From positions 90,054 to 154,053 of the forward strand of contig JAQUNP010000002.1 of NCBI GenBank assembly GCA_028717565.1: a stretch of 64,000 nucleotides of DNA, written 5' to 3'. Position numbers and translations under genes: made by a program. This stretch comes from Patescibacteria group bacterium. Lineage in GTDB: Bacteria > Patescibacteriota > Kazan-3B-28. This document shows, in pieces, positions 1 to 8,774 of the stretch; position 1 is the first letter of the stretch, and each line of letters starts with the position of its first letter. The notes under the pieces are model-generated. The model was not told the origin of the DNA. It made no database searches and saw only the letters and a list, made by a program, of their open reading frames with translations.

Positions 1-666
1 TTGGTTGGTGGCAATTTCCGCAATCTTGATGAGCTTGTTAAGGGTGCCGGATACGAGCGAGTTGGCAGAGTACTATTTGACCTCGGTGTTTCGTCTCTTC
101 AGCTAGACGACGAATCGCGGGGTTTTTCTTTTAACAAAGAGGCCGAGCTGGATATGCGGATGGATAGGCGAGGTAGTTTAACTGCCAAACAGGTGGTGAA
201 CACCTATGGTTATCCTGAATTGGTGCGAATCTTTGAGGAATATGGTGAGGAACGGAAAGCCAAAGAAATTGCCAAGCGGATTGTGGAGGCGCGTAAGTTA
301 AAACCAATTGTGACAACCACAGATTTGGTGACAGTGGCCTTCCCCGAGTTTAGGGGTCAGGCCAGGGGCATACATCCAGCGACAAAAATCTTTCAAGCGA
401 TTCGAATTGAAGTCAACGATGAACTAGCAGCACTGCAGACAGGATTGGAGAAAGGATTCAAAGTTTTAGAGACCGGTGGGCGGATGGCAGTGATTAGTTT
501 CCACTCTTTGGAAGACAGGATCGTAAAAAGATTTTTTAAAAATTTGAAAACTGGGGGGAGTGGTATGCTCTTGACCAAGAAGGCAGTTAAGCCTTCTTGG
601 CCGGAGCGTCAAAGAAACAAACGCTCCCGAAGTGCAAAACTAAGAGTCATAGAGAGAATAAAATGA
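1..666 (+). CDS. rsmH: 16S rRNA (cytosine1402-N4)-methyltransferase RsmH/MraW, C-terminal part (5' end outside window)
   Basis: Conserved RsmH C-terminal block (ISFHSLEDRIVKRFF, RSRSAKLRV). Sits first in the dcw gene order. Stop overlaps the next start (ATGA at 663-666). Confidence 0.9.
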   Translation: MVGGNFRNLDELVKGAGYERVGRVLFDLGVSSLQLDDESRGFSFNKEAELDMRMDRRGSLTAKQVVNTYGYPELVRIFEEYGEERKAKEIAKRIVEARKLKPIVTTTDLVTVAFPEFRGQARGIHPATKIFQAIRIEVNDELAALQTGLEKGFKVLETGGRMAVISFHSLEDRIVKRFFKNLKTGGSGMLLTKKAVKPSWPERQRNKRSRSAKLRVIERIK

Positions 667-1055
667 GACGTAGATTAAATTTACAAATTGGCAATATCGC
701 TAGACGCCTACGAATGCAGCCTAAAACGGTGACGTATTTGGCAATTATCCTCTTTTTTGCTGTGGGGTTTGTTTATGTAGTAGCGGTCAATGTGGTAGCC
801 AACAAGGGTGCGGAATTGCGGCTTTTGGAGGTAGAGAATAAACAGCTCGATGCCGAGGGTGAGCGGTTGGAAGTTGAGGCGGCTCGGTTGGGAGCTTTGA
901 GTGTCATAGAGGACGGAGCGACTCAAGAGGTTCAGGTTGGGGATTTGGAAGAAACTGAAGAAGACAACAAAAAAGTGGTAGTGGTACCCAAACTAGTGCA
1001 GATCCAACAACAAAGATATTTGCCTAGCTATTCGTCGCTGGCGTCGAGGGAATAA
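663..1055 (+). CDS. ftsL: FtsL/DivIC-like cell division protein (single TM plus coiled coil)
   Basis: Lies between rsmH and ftsI. Basic N-terminus, one TM helix (LAIILFFAVGFVYVVAV), then a heptad-like region (LRLLEVENKQLDAEGERLEVEAARL). The start at 663 is translationally coupled to rsmH. Confidence 0.6.
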   Translation: MRRRLNLQIGNIARRLRMQPKTVTYLAIILFFAVGFVYVVAVNVVANKGAELRLLEVENKQLDAEGERLEVEAARLGALSVIEDGATQEVQVGDLEETEEDNKKVVVVPKLVQIQQQRYLPSYSSLASRE

Positions 1056-1093
1056 TTTATAGTCGACAAAAGAATGGCGCTGCCAGGGAGTCC
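1056..1093 (-). terminator. Intrinsic terminator of the small antisense ORF
   Basis: GCGCTGCCAGGGA-G-TCCCTGGCAGCGC is a perfect 13-nt inverted repeat. It is followed on the minus strand by CATTCTTTTG. Confidence 0.7.
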
Positions 1094-1148
1094 CTGGCAG
1101 CGCTGGTTATTCTTGGTCGCGGCTGAACGTGATGACCGGTGCGGTTGG

Positions 1149-1301
1149 TCAGTTCAGCACGCGGGAGATCGCGGTGATCATCGCCTGATCGGATTCCACG
1201 TTGGCCTGGCTGCGGCGGCGCTTCATCCGGTTGTTGTTCTCGCCGAGCCATTGGCGATTGCTGACGGTGATCGACATTGACAACGCCTGTAACACGCGCA
1301 T
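1149..1301 (-). CDS. Hypothetical 50-aa protein in a GC-rich antisense micro-cassette
   Basis: GGAGG lies 6 nt upstream of the ATG at 1301. The ORF MRVLQALSMSITVSNRQW...AISRVLN is followed on the minus strand by a perfect hairpin (1067-1093) and a T-run. No family recognised. Confidence 0.45.
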   Translation of the reverse strand: MRVLQALSMSITVSNRQWLGENNNRMKRRRSQANVESDQAMITAISRVLN

Positions 1302-1389
1302 ATCGCGCCTCCTTTTTTTGGGGCTTGTCCCCGTGAGGAACACTATATTTTTCCTAGCAGACATCTCCAAGGGAGGTGGCTAGATTGTT

Positions 1390-1418
1390 ATTATACCATA
1401 AAAACGGCCTGGTTGCGA
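1390..1418 (-). promoter_or_regulatory. Candidate extended -10 promoter for the antisense micro-cassette
   Basis: The reverse complement reads TCGCAA-17nt-TGGTATAAT. The -35 is weak but the TGn-TATAAT is strong. Confidence 0.4.
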
Positions 1419-1665
1419 GGGGGTGGTAATGGGAGAGAGGGGTTAAATGTGCTGTACAAGCAGCTTTTTAAATTCAGGTATTGCCGAACAGTAGAATGTT
1501 TAGATATTTAGATAAACCTCTAATTTTATTAGGGCAGGGTGGTCCATTAAGGTGTGTGGAGTTGTATGTATCAAAAAACCTTTTTTGATGGAATTCTAAA
1601 TAACTGATTTTTTTGTTTTTTAAGAAATTTGTATGGATTCCTAGTGAGTTATAATAGTAGAACTG

Positions 1666-3390
1666 ATGGAAATCCAAAGCACTCAAGCTGAACAGAAAAA
1701 TCGGATCTCGTTTGTGAGCTCAGCTTTTTTGTTACTGTTTATCGCACTGGTCGGAATGTTGGTCCAGCGACAAGTTTTTGAACACTGGCATTTTGCTGCA
1801 CTGGCTCAGGAACAACATATGACTAGCCAGGTGGTACCAGCCCAGCGAGGCAAGATTTTGGTGGAAGAGAAGGGTGGCGAAGAATTGTACCCACTGGCAA
1901 CCAATGTTACCCTTTTTGCACTCTCGGCAGTACCCAGTCAAATCTCTAGACCAGAGCTCACAGCCACAAAGTTGATGCCTTTTTTGGAAGGAATTGAGGA
2001 GAGCGAATTGATTGAGAAGCTGGACAGCAATGCGATGTACCTACCGCCTCTAAAAAGGAAGATTACTGAGCAGGAAGCCCAACAGATATTGGATTTAGAT
2101 TTAGACGGTATCTTTTTAGTGCCAGAAAAATATCGGTATTTCCCGGAAGAAACTATGGCGGCTCACCTACTGGGTTTTGTGAATCGTGATGGTGTGGGCC
2201 AGTATGGGTTGGAGGGGTATTTCAATGATGAGCTGGGCGGCGAGTCAGGATTTTTAGAGGCAGAGCAAGACAGCTTTGGTCAGCAAATTGCTTTGGGTGT
2301 ACGCCAGAGCGTGGATCCTAAGGACGGCTTAGATGTGGTGGTAACGATTGATCGGGCGGTACAATACTATGTTGAAAAAGAGCTTAAAGCCCAGGTTGAA
2401 GCTACCAAAGCTACCGGCGGCGATGTCATAGTCATGGATCCCAAAACGGGCAAAATCATCGCAATGGCCTCCTACCCTACTTTTAATCCGAATAATTACA
2501 ACACTGAACCGATCGAGAATTTTACTAACCCCAATGTATCTAAGGTTTACGAGCCAGGTTCAGTATTTAAGGTTCTGACTATGGCGGCCGGGATTGATGC
2601 CGGGCTGGTGAGCCCGAGTACGGTATATACGGATACAGGTGAGATTACGTTAAATGAGGAGACCATTCGTAACTCCGATCTGGCAGCTCATGGGCAACAA
2701 ACGATGACCCAAGTGCTAGAGAAATCGTTAAACACTGGTGCGGTTTATGTAGTTCAGAAGCTGGGCCGGGGCCTTTTCAACAAATATCTGCGCAACTTCG
2801 GTTTCTATGAGCCCACCAAGGTTGAAATGTCGGGTGAGGTGGGCGGTCACATTAGAGCACTGCGACAATGGGCGGATATTGATTTGGCCACTATGTCATT
2901 TGGGCAAGGTATTGCTATCACTCCGATGCAGCTGATTACTGCGATGTCGGCTTTGGTGAATGACGGGCGGATGATGCAGCCACATATTATAGACAAAATT
3001 TTATATCCATCTGGAGCTGTGTCGATTGATCCGGTAATGACTGCTCAGGTGGTTTCACCACAGACGGCTCAACAGATTGCAGCCATGATGGTCAGTGTGG
3101 TGGAAAATGGTAACCATGCGACCAAAGCGCGGATTCAGGGCTATCATATTGGTGGCAAGACCGGCACGGCTCAGGTGCCAGATCCAGTTACTGGAGCGTA
3201 TCTGGAAGGTGTGGGTTCAACCATTGGTACCTTTGTAGGTTTTGGTCCAGCCGAAGATCCCAAGTTTACCGTTTTGGTTAGGATTGATCGGCCGACAACA
3301 GTTCAGTATGCTGAATCCTCGGCAGTGCCGTTGTTTGGCAAAATAGCTAAATTTCTGCTAGATTATTGGCATGTCCCTACTACCTATTAA
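1666..3390 (+). CDS. ftsI: Penicillin-binding protein 2/FtsI-type peptidoglycan D,D-transpeptidase
   Basis: N-terminal TM anchor and PBP dimerisation region. Transpeptidase motifs SVFK (SxxK), SLN (SxN) and KTGTA (KTG). dcw context. Confidence 0.92.
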   Translation: MEIQSTQAEQKNRISFVSSAFLLLFIALVGMLVQRQVFEHWHFAALAQEQHMTSQVVPAQRGKILVEEKGGEELYPLATNVTLFALSAVPSQISRPELTATKLMPFLEGIEESELIEKLDSNAMYLPPLKRKITEQEAQQILDLDLDGIFLVPEKYRYFPEETMAAHLLGFVNRDGVGQYGLEGYFNDELGGESGFLEAEQDSFGQQIALGVRQSVDPKDGLDVVVTIDRAVQYYVEKELKAQVEATKATGGDVIVMDPKTGKIIAMASYPTFNPNNYNTEPIENFTNPNVSKVYEPGSVFKVLTMAAGIDAGLVSPSTVYTDTGEITLNEETIRNSDLAAHGQQTMTQVLEKSLNTGAVYVVQKLGRGLFNKYLRNFGFYEPTKVEMSGEVGGHIRALRQWADIDLATMSFGQGIAITPMQLITAMSALVNDGRMMQPHIIDKILYPSGAVSIDPVMTAQVVSPQTAQQIAAMMVSVVENGNHATKARIQGYHIGGKTGTAQVPDPVTGAYLEGVGSTIGTFVGFGPAEDPKFTVLVRIDRPTTVQYAESSAVPLFGKIAKFLLDYWHVPTTY

Positions 3391-3400
3391 TAGTTAAGCG

Positions 3401-4432
3401 ATGGAAGAGGCCTTTTTACAAACATCTCTACTGCGTGTCTTTATTTTGGCGGCGATTGGGTTTTTTGTCGCAATGTTGGCCACACCGTTTTGGGCCAACT
3501 TTTTGTATAAGTACAAATTTTGGAAACAAGCGAAAACCGAGACCATAGACGGTCGTCAGGCCACAGTTTTTCAGAAACTGCATGCAGAAAAACACAAGCG
3601 CAATATTCCCACCATGGCCGGAGTGTTATTTTGGGTCTTGGTGGTTGTTATTTCGCTACAGTTTAATCTGACTCGCAGTCAAACCTATCTACCGATTTTT
3701 TCTTTGGCGAGCGTGGGGATTTTGGGGGCGGTTGATGATTGGTTCAATATTCGAGGTATAGGTGGCATCAAGGGGATTAGAGCGCGGCACAAGATGTGGT
3801 GGCTGTTTGTCATTGCGGCCGTGGGGGCGTGGTGGTTTTATTTCAAGTTGGAGCAGAACTCATTTCATCTGCCGGGGGTAGGTGATTTCTTTGTGGGCTG
3901 GTGGTACATACCTATTTTTATTTTTGTCATCTTGGCCACGACCAATGCTTTTAATATCACAGATGGGCTGGATGGGCTTTCGGGAGGACTGTTTACCATT
4001 GCCTTTGGTTCTTATGGTGTTTTGGCTTTGGCCAACAATCAGGTCTCTTTGGCCATATTTTGCGCTACCATCGTCGGAGTGTTGTTGGCATACCTGTGGT
4101 TTAATATTTTTCCAGCTCGGTTCTTTGGTGGCGATACTTATTCGTTGGCCTTTGGGGCTACGTTGGGTGTGGTGGCTATGTTGATTCCCAATGGAGTGGG
4201 GTTAGCGGTTTTGCCACTGGTGGCTTTTGTCCCCTTGGTGGAGACCTTGTCGGTGATTTTGCAACTAACCTACCGGAAGATCTGTAAACGTAAACTGTTT
4301 TTGGTGGCGCCAATTCATCATCATTTTGAAGCCATTGGTTGGCCGGAAACTAAAGTGACCTCACGGTTTTGGATTATCGGAATGGTATTTGCAGTGGTCG
4401 GCATTGTGGTCGGAATGCTCGGCGCAGGATAA
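3401..4432 (+). CDS. mraY: Phospho-N-acetylmuramoyl-pentapeptide transferase
   Basis: Polytopic membrane protein with the MraY signatures NAFNITDGLDGL and APIHHHFE. dcw context. Confidence 0.95.
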   Translation: MEEAFLQTSLLRVFILAAIGFFVAMLATPFWANFLYKYKFWKQAKTETIDGRQATVFQKLHAEKHKRNIPTMAGVLFWVLVVVISLQFNLTRSQTYLPIFSLASVGILGAVDDWFNIRGIGGIKGIRARHKMWWLFVIAAVGAWWFYFKLEQNSFHLPGVGDFFVGWWYIPIFIFVILATTNAFNITDGLDGLSGGLFTIAFGSYGVLALANNQVSLAIFCATIVGVLLAYLWFNIFPARFFGGDTYSLAFGATLGVVAMLIPNGVGLAVLPLVAFVPLVETLSVILQLTYRKICKRKLFLVAPIHHHFEAIGWPETKVTSRFWIIGMVFAVVGIVVGMLGAG

Positions 4433-4457
4433 CGTTATTTTTTTAAGGGAGGAGTGT

Positions 4458-4820
4458 ATGCAGTTTGGAAAAGCTATATTAACCGGTTTGGTGATTTGGG
4501 CGGTTTTGTTCGCAGCGGCATCTATACTGATGGCGCTAGGCATGGTGACTGGCGGGGCTTGGTTCTTGATCATCATGTGGGCAGTATTACTACTCACGGT
4601 TTGGCTTATAGTCGGTTCTTGGTACAAGCCGACTGGCATGGCTGACGCTCTCGTACTGGGAATTATCTGGTTGGTTGTGTTTGCACTGTTGGATTGGTTT
4701 GTATTGGTTCAATACTTCATGGCTGACCAAGACCCGAGTACATATTATGTTTGGAGTATTTGGGTATCTTATGCGATTTTGCTGCTAAGCCCGTTAATGG
4801 TTAACGCACTTCGCAAGTAG
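4458..4820 (+). CDS. Hypothetical 4-TM membrane protein
   Basis: AAGGGAGG RBS before the ATG at 4458. Four hydrophobic helices. Start is trimmed from the ORF-track 4389. Confidence 0.6.
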   Translation: MQFGKAILTGLVIWAVLFAAASILMALGMVTGGAWFLIIMWAVLLLTVWLIVGSWYKPTGMADALVLGIIWLVVFALLDWFVLVQYFMADQDPSTYYVWSIWVSYAILLLSPLMVNALRK

Positions 4821-4840
4821 AGAACTGAAACTAGCATCAC

Positions 4841-4886
4841 AACTCAACGGCTCTCCGCCAGCCGGCGGATTTTGAGCCGTTGAGTT
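4841..4886 (+). terminator. Hairpin-family terminator variant with a nested GC-rich hairpin in its loop
   Basis: AACTCAACGGCTC...GAGCCGTTGAGTT stem enclosing TCCGCC-AGCC-GGCGGA. T-rich 3' side. Confidence 0.7.
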
Positions 4887-4948
4887 TGACTTGATTTAGG
4901 GTAGCGCTGGGGTATGATGCAGGTAGTTTTGTCTCACGGAGGTGAGCT

Positions 4949-5524
4949 ATGTACCTCAAACGTCTTGCCGTGACGTTGGTAGTCGTTTGTCTGGGTCTTA
5001 TGACGGGGTCAGCAGCAACCGCTAAGGCGTCTACCCAATGGGGTACGGAGCCCTACTTTGTAGGTGAAGGTCTACCGACTATTACGCCTGATACCCTAAA
5101 GCTACAGGGTGAGAACGAGTGCCTACATTGGGTCGTCGATGGCGAAGATGCTGAATATACGCTTGACCAGTTCTATTCAGCGGAAGCGGGGCTTGAGTTG
5201 GATAGTAGCGTACTGCCGGCTGATGCCAGCATTGGTTGTGTTGGTGGGAAGATCATCTTCTTGGATCTCAAGCTTGAGGAGACCTTCCCTGAAACCTTTG
5301 TGCTGGTGCAACGATATCTCGAGAAGCAGTATGTCGATCTCGGTCAAGCCCAGGTGGTGAGTGAGATCGATGGCCTCTACACTAAGGTTTGGGCGGCACT
5401 CGATCTGAACTCGAGCCAACACCGGGGTGTGAGTGTGGTGTGGGCTTGCCAGTCAGATGAATCCACTATCCTGGAAGTGACGTTTTTCGGTCACGATCTG
5501 GTGCGAATCTTCGGTGGCGGTTAA
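4949..5524 (+). CDS. Hypothetical secreted protein
   Basis: GGAGGTGAGCT RBS. Signal peptide MYLKRLAVTLVVVCLGLMTGSAATAKA. No family recognised. Confidence 0.6.
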   Translation: MYLKRLAVTLVVVCLGLMTGSAATAKASTQWGTEPYFVGEGLPTITPDTLKLQGENECLHWVVDGEDAEYTLDQFYSAEAGLELDSSVLPADASIGCVGGKIIFLDLKLEETFPETFVLVQRYLEKQYVDLGQAQVVSEIDGLYTKVWAALDLNSSQHRGVSVVWACQSDESTILEVTFFGHDLVRIFGGG

Positions 5525-5562
5525 CGACTGGAGGAAAGGCTACCTTCAACGGCAAAGAAATG

Positions 5563-5591
5563 AGCTTGCGCTTACGGGCGTGAGCTTTTTT
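5563..5591 (+). terminator. Intrinsic terminator
   Basis: 9-bp stem (AGCTTGCGC/GCGTGAGCT, two G-U pairs), 6-nt loop, then TTTTT. Confidence 0.6.
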
Positions 5592-5669
5592 CGCTTCCAG
5601 AGCTCATTATTCTTGACAAAATTAAGATTTTACGCTAGATTAAAGACAATAGCAGTTCATCATATTTTT

Positions 5670-6527
5670 ATGAAAGACATTGCCAAAAAATTAACCGGAA
5701 TGATTATTTTAGTGGGCCTACTTTTGGGTATGACCACGAGTTCAACTTTTGCGGTTATGCCGCCTGAAGGTGAAGGTATCCACAAAATCTATGTTGATAA
5801 CTTAACTGGTAACGATAACAACGACGGCAGCAAGAAGCACCCCTATAAGACCATTGATTGGGCTTTCCATATAATGAACGCGTCCGGTGCGCCGTGTGTA
5901 GAGATGTACATCAAAGGAACTGGCACACCTTACGAAACTAGTAATGGTTTGGGTATCAAGCGCGACACTGTCACTATTCAGCAATGGAATGGCCGGCCTT
6001 TAATCAGCGGTGTGGTGCCAGAAGGAGCGTGGCATTTAAATCGAGTAGCGATGGATAGCCAAGGTGGTATCACCATCAAAAATATAGACCTCAGTAACAT
6101 AAATTTTGACGCTTACACTTCGTCCTATCAGGGCAACCCTAGCTATGACATCACATTACAAAATCTTACTTTCAAGATTGAGCGTACGGACTTATTGGGC
6201 GATGAACCAGTAGTTTGGTTCCATGAGAGGGGTGCTACTCAATATGGTCAGAGAAGTCTTTTTAACGTTAAGATCGATCAAGTTAAGATTGCTTTGCCAG
6301 CAGATGCCAAAGGCGGTTATGACGCGATTCGTTTGGAAAATGTGGACGGTGCCCAAGTGTATCGTAGTCGATTCTACAGTCCGGTGTGGGATGCAGGCAT
6401 TGTGGTGCACAACAGTGCCAATGTCAAACTGGCTCAAAACACCTTCCCCGATGCCAATGGCGTGAAGATGGCTCTCTATAAATTTGATGAAACGGATGAT
6501 ACGGTAGTTTACAATCAGATGCAGTAA
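5670..6527 (+). CDS. Secreted right-handed beta-helix (DUF1565/pectin-lyase-fold-like) protein
   Basis: Signal peptide MKDIAKKLTGMIILVGLLLGMTTSSTFA. N-terminal YVDNLTGNDNNDGSKKHPYKTIDWA block typical of parallel beta-helix proteins. Repetitive N/G-rich turns follow. Confidence 0.55.
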   Translation: MKDIAKKLTGMIILVGLLLGMTTSSTFAVMPPEGEGIHKIYVDNLTGNDNNDGSKKHPYKTIDWAFHIMNASGAPCVEMYIKGTGTPYETSNGLGIKRDTVTIQQWNGRPLISGVVPEGAWHLNRVAMDSQGGITIKNIDLSNINFDAYTSSYQGNPSYDITLQNLTFKIERTDLLGDEPVVWFHERGATQYGQRSLFNVKIDQVKIALPADAKGGYDAIRLENVDGAQVYRSRFYSPVWDAGIVVHNSANVKLAQNTFPDANGVKMALYKFDETDDTVVYNQMQ

Positions 6528-6553
6528 GATTCCTTCATTTAAACTTTAAGAAA

Positions 6554-6584
6554 TAAACGGCTCGATTCTCGAGCCGCTTATTTT
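6554..6584 (+). terminator. Intrinsic terminator (divergent member of the ACGGCTC...GAGCCGT hairpin family)
   Basis: TAAACGGCTCGA-TTC-TCGAGCCGCTTA followed by TTTT. Confidence 0.75.
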
Positions 6585-6631
6585 ATCCGCTGTGTGTGGT
6601 ATGGTTTTTTTGTTGTAAAGTAATAAACTAC

Positions 6632-6660
6632 TTGACTTGGCGGGAGCAAACAGATACCAT
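6632..6660 (+). promoter_or_regulatory. Sigma70-like promoter driving a ~100-nt leader or small RNA
   Basis: TTGACT-17nt-TACCAT. A terminator at 6740-6767 follows about 80 nt downstream. Confidence 0.45.
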
Positions 6661-6739
6661 TTGGAAAGTGCAAATTTGCCGCACCTTGCGAGGTGAAGTG
6701 CAATCCTTCAGTCAACCCCTTTCATCTCAACCCTCCTGG

Positions 6740-6767
6740 CCCACCGGTCCCCTCGGTGGGTCTTTTT
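6740..6767 (+). terminator. Intrinsic terminator or attenuator immediately upstream of the HEPN-CBS gene
   Basis: CCCACCG-GTCCCCT-CGGTGGG followed by TCTTTTT. It ends 17 nt before the ATG at 6784. Confidence 0.65.
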
Positions 6768-6783
6768 CCTCTATAATGAGTTT

Positions 6784-7491
6784 ATGAGCAATAGTGAAAG
6801 ATTTTTAGCTGCGTTTAATCGGATTGAGAAACATCTGGCTTCGCTGCGTCGTGGCTACGGACATCGAGGGATGCGTGAACTTTTGCGGCGGTTGCGAAAT
6901 CGCTATAAATTAGTGCGGGTGTTTGAGGAAGATTTGCGAGAGTTTTCCGAACTGCGCAATGCCATAGTACATCGGACTACCGGGCAAACTATTGCTGAAC
7001 CCAAACTAGCAACAGTTGACAGAATAGAACACATTGCTCGGGCATTGATCAATCCGCCTTCAGTGATGGAGATTGCGTCCAAACCGGTGTTTGTCTGTGA
7101 CATTAAAACGAGTGTGGACGCGGTGGTGAAAAAAATGGCGGAAAAAGAGTTTGAGCATGTACCGGTGTATAATGGCAAAAATTTTGTGGGCGTTTTCTCC
7201 GATATCTCCATTATGAAGTGGTTGGCGGCCAGGGCTGGTAGTTGTGAACTGAGCCGGCTGACAATGAATGATATGAAGGCCTACCTAGACAAACCGGATT
7301 TAGGCGTCAATGGTTATCAGTTTGTACCGAGGAGGATGGATATATTTGAACTGCAGGATCGGTTTTTGTCTTTTATGGATGAAAAGAAGCAGTTGGGAGC
7401 TCTATTTATTACAGAAACGGGTAAGCGGAGTGAGCCGGTTTTGGGAGTGGTAACACCCAGAAGTTTGCCCAAGATCAAACAACTGAAATAA
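6784..7491 (+). CDS. HEPN-like (Rx4H) N-terminal domain fused to a CBS-pair domain
   Basis: The N-terminal ~95 aa are helical with ELRNAIVH (R58-x4-H63, nt 6955-6972). The C-terminal part has CBS-type blocks (FEHVPVYNGKNFVGVFS, PVLGVVTPRSL). Confidence 0.7.
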   Translation: MSNSERFLAAFNRIEKHLASLRRGYGHRGMRELLRRLRNRYKLVRVFEEDLREFSELRNAIVHRTTGQTIAEPKLATVDRIEHIARALINPPSVMEIASKPVFVCDIKTSVDAVVKKMAEKEFEHVPVYNGKNFVGVFSDISIMKWLAARAGSCELSRLTMNDMKAYLDKPDLGVNGYQFVPRRMDIFELQDRFLSFMDEKKQLGALFITETGKRSEPVLGVVTPRSLPKIKQLK

Positions 7492-8165
7492 TGTCTGGTA
7501 TTTTTCTTATCAACAAGCCGGCGGGGATTACTTCGCACGATGTGGTGGACGTTTTGCGTAAGGTCACACGAGAAAAAAGGATTGGTCATGCGGGGACACT
7601 AGACCCCATAGCGAAGGGTTTGATGATTGTGGCTATTGGTCGAGAATTCACTAAGCAGCTGGATAAATTTATAAAGTTGGATAAAACTTATTTGGCGCAA
7701 GCGACTTTAGGGCAGATGAGTACAACCTATGATAGTGAAGGCGAACTAGCGCATGTGTCTTTAGATGTGCCAAGTGCGACGGCGGTCAAACAAGCTATAG
7801 CTGGTTTGAAGGGGCGGCAAATGCAAACACCTCCGGCCTTCTCGGCTAAAAAGTTGAAGGGGCAACGGGCCTATCGGTTGGCGCGTCAGGGTAGCGAGGT
7901 GAAATTGGAGCCGAACGAGATTGAAGTGTATAACTCCAAACTGGTGCACTATGATTATCCGGTGGTGGAGTTTGAAGTGCACGTTAGCTCTGGGACTTAT
8001 GTGCGGACGCTGATTCATGAATTGGGACAGACACTGGGCACAGGAGCGTTTATGAGCGGTTTAACCCGCACGGCTATTGGTGAGATGAAATTAGACCGCG
8101 CTGTAGCCCTAGGCGATATTCAAGACACTGAGGATATAATAAAAGGGGGCGTGGATATTGGCTAA
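7491..8165 (+). CDS. truB: tRNA pseudouridine(55) synthase
   Basis: TruB motifs GITSHDVV and HAGTLDPIAKGL (catalytic Asp). Length 224 aa. Confidence 0.92.
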   Translation: MSGIFLINKPAGITSHDVVDVLRKVTREKRIGHAGTLDPIAKGLMIVAIGREFTKQLDKFIKLDKTYLAQATLGQMSTTYDSEGELAHVSLDVPSATAVKQAIAGLKGRQMQTPPAFSAKKLKGQRAYRLARQGSEVKLEPNEIEVYNSKLVHYDYPVVEFEVHVSSGTYVRTLIHELGQTLGTGAFMSGLTRTAIGEMKLDRAVALGDIQDTEDIIKGGVDIG

Positions 8166-8181
8166 TCCGAGAGGAGGCGAA

Positions 8182-8667
8182 ATGAGGTATGTATTTTGGG
8201 CTCTGGGGCTCGTAATACTGATCTTGTTGGCGAATTGGACTTATCAAACTTTTACGTCCAACGATGAAATGGATGCAAATACTGCTCAGGTGGAGGTCTT
8301 TTTCAACGAAAATCAACCCACTGATATTGTGCAAGTGGGAGTGGAAAGAACAGTGCCGGCTACTAGCAACGTGGAAGATTTAGCCGAGGCGGCGATGCGT
8401 GAACTTTTGGGTGGGCCGACGGATAAGGAGGCGGAACAAGGCCTAACTACGGCTATTGCTGACGGTACTCATTTAAACTACGTTAACATAGTGGATGGTG
8501 TGGCCACAGTGGATTTCAATGAGGCCTTTGATTTTCAAATAGGTGGTTCGGCTAGGGTAATGGCCATCAGTCAGCAGGTGCAAAAAACCCTGACGCAGTT
8601 TACGGGTGTGAATGACGTAAGGATTACGATCAACCATGGTGCACGTGAGGCGGTGCTGGAACCGTAA
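8182..8667 (+). CDS. GerMN-domain lipoprotein or secreted protein
   Basis: GAGAGGAGG RBS and an N-terminal TM anchor. GerMN-like blocks LLGGPTDKEAEQGLTTAI and DGVATVDF. Confidence 0.65.
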   Translation: MRYVFWALGLVILILLANWTYQTFTSNDEMDANTAQVEVFFNENQPTDIVQVGVERTVPATSNVEDLAEAAMRELLGGPTDKEAEQGLTTAIADGTHLNYVNIVDGVATVDFNEAFDFQIGGSARVMAISQQVQKTLTQFTGVNDVRITINHGAREAVLEP

Positions 8668-8774
8668 CCAGAGGTATGTCGGAGAAGTCCCAACCTACTT
8701 ATAAGAGAAACAACCCAAGGGGTGCCGTGGGTTGTTAGATGTCGCGAACCAGTAGTGGGTTTTTGGTGGGTAAA

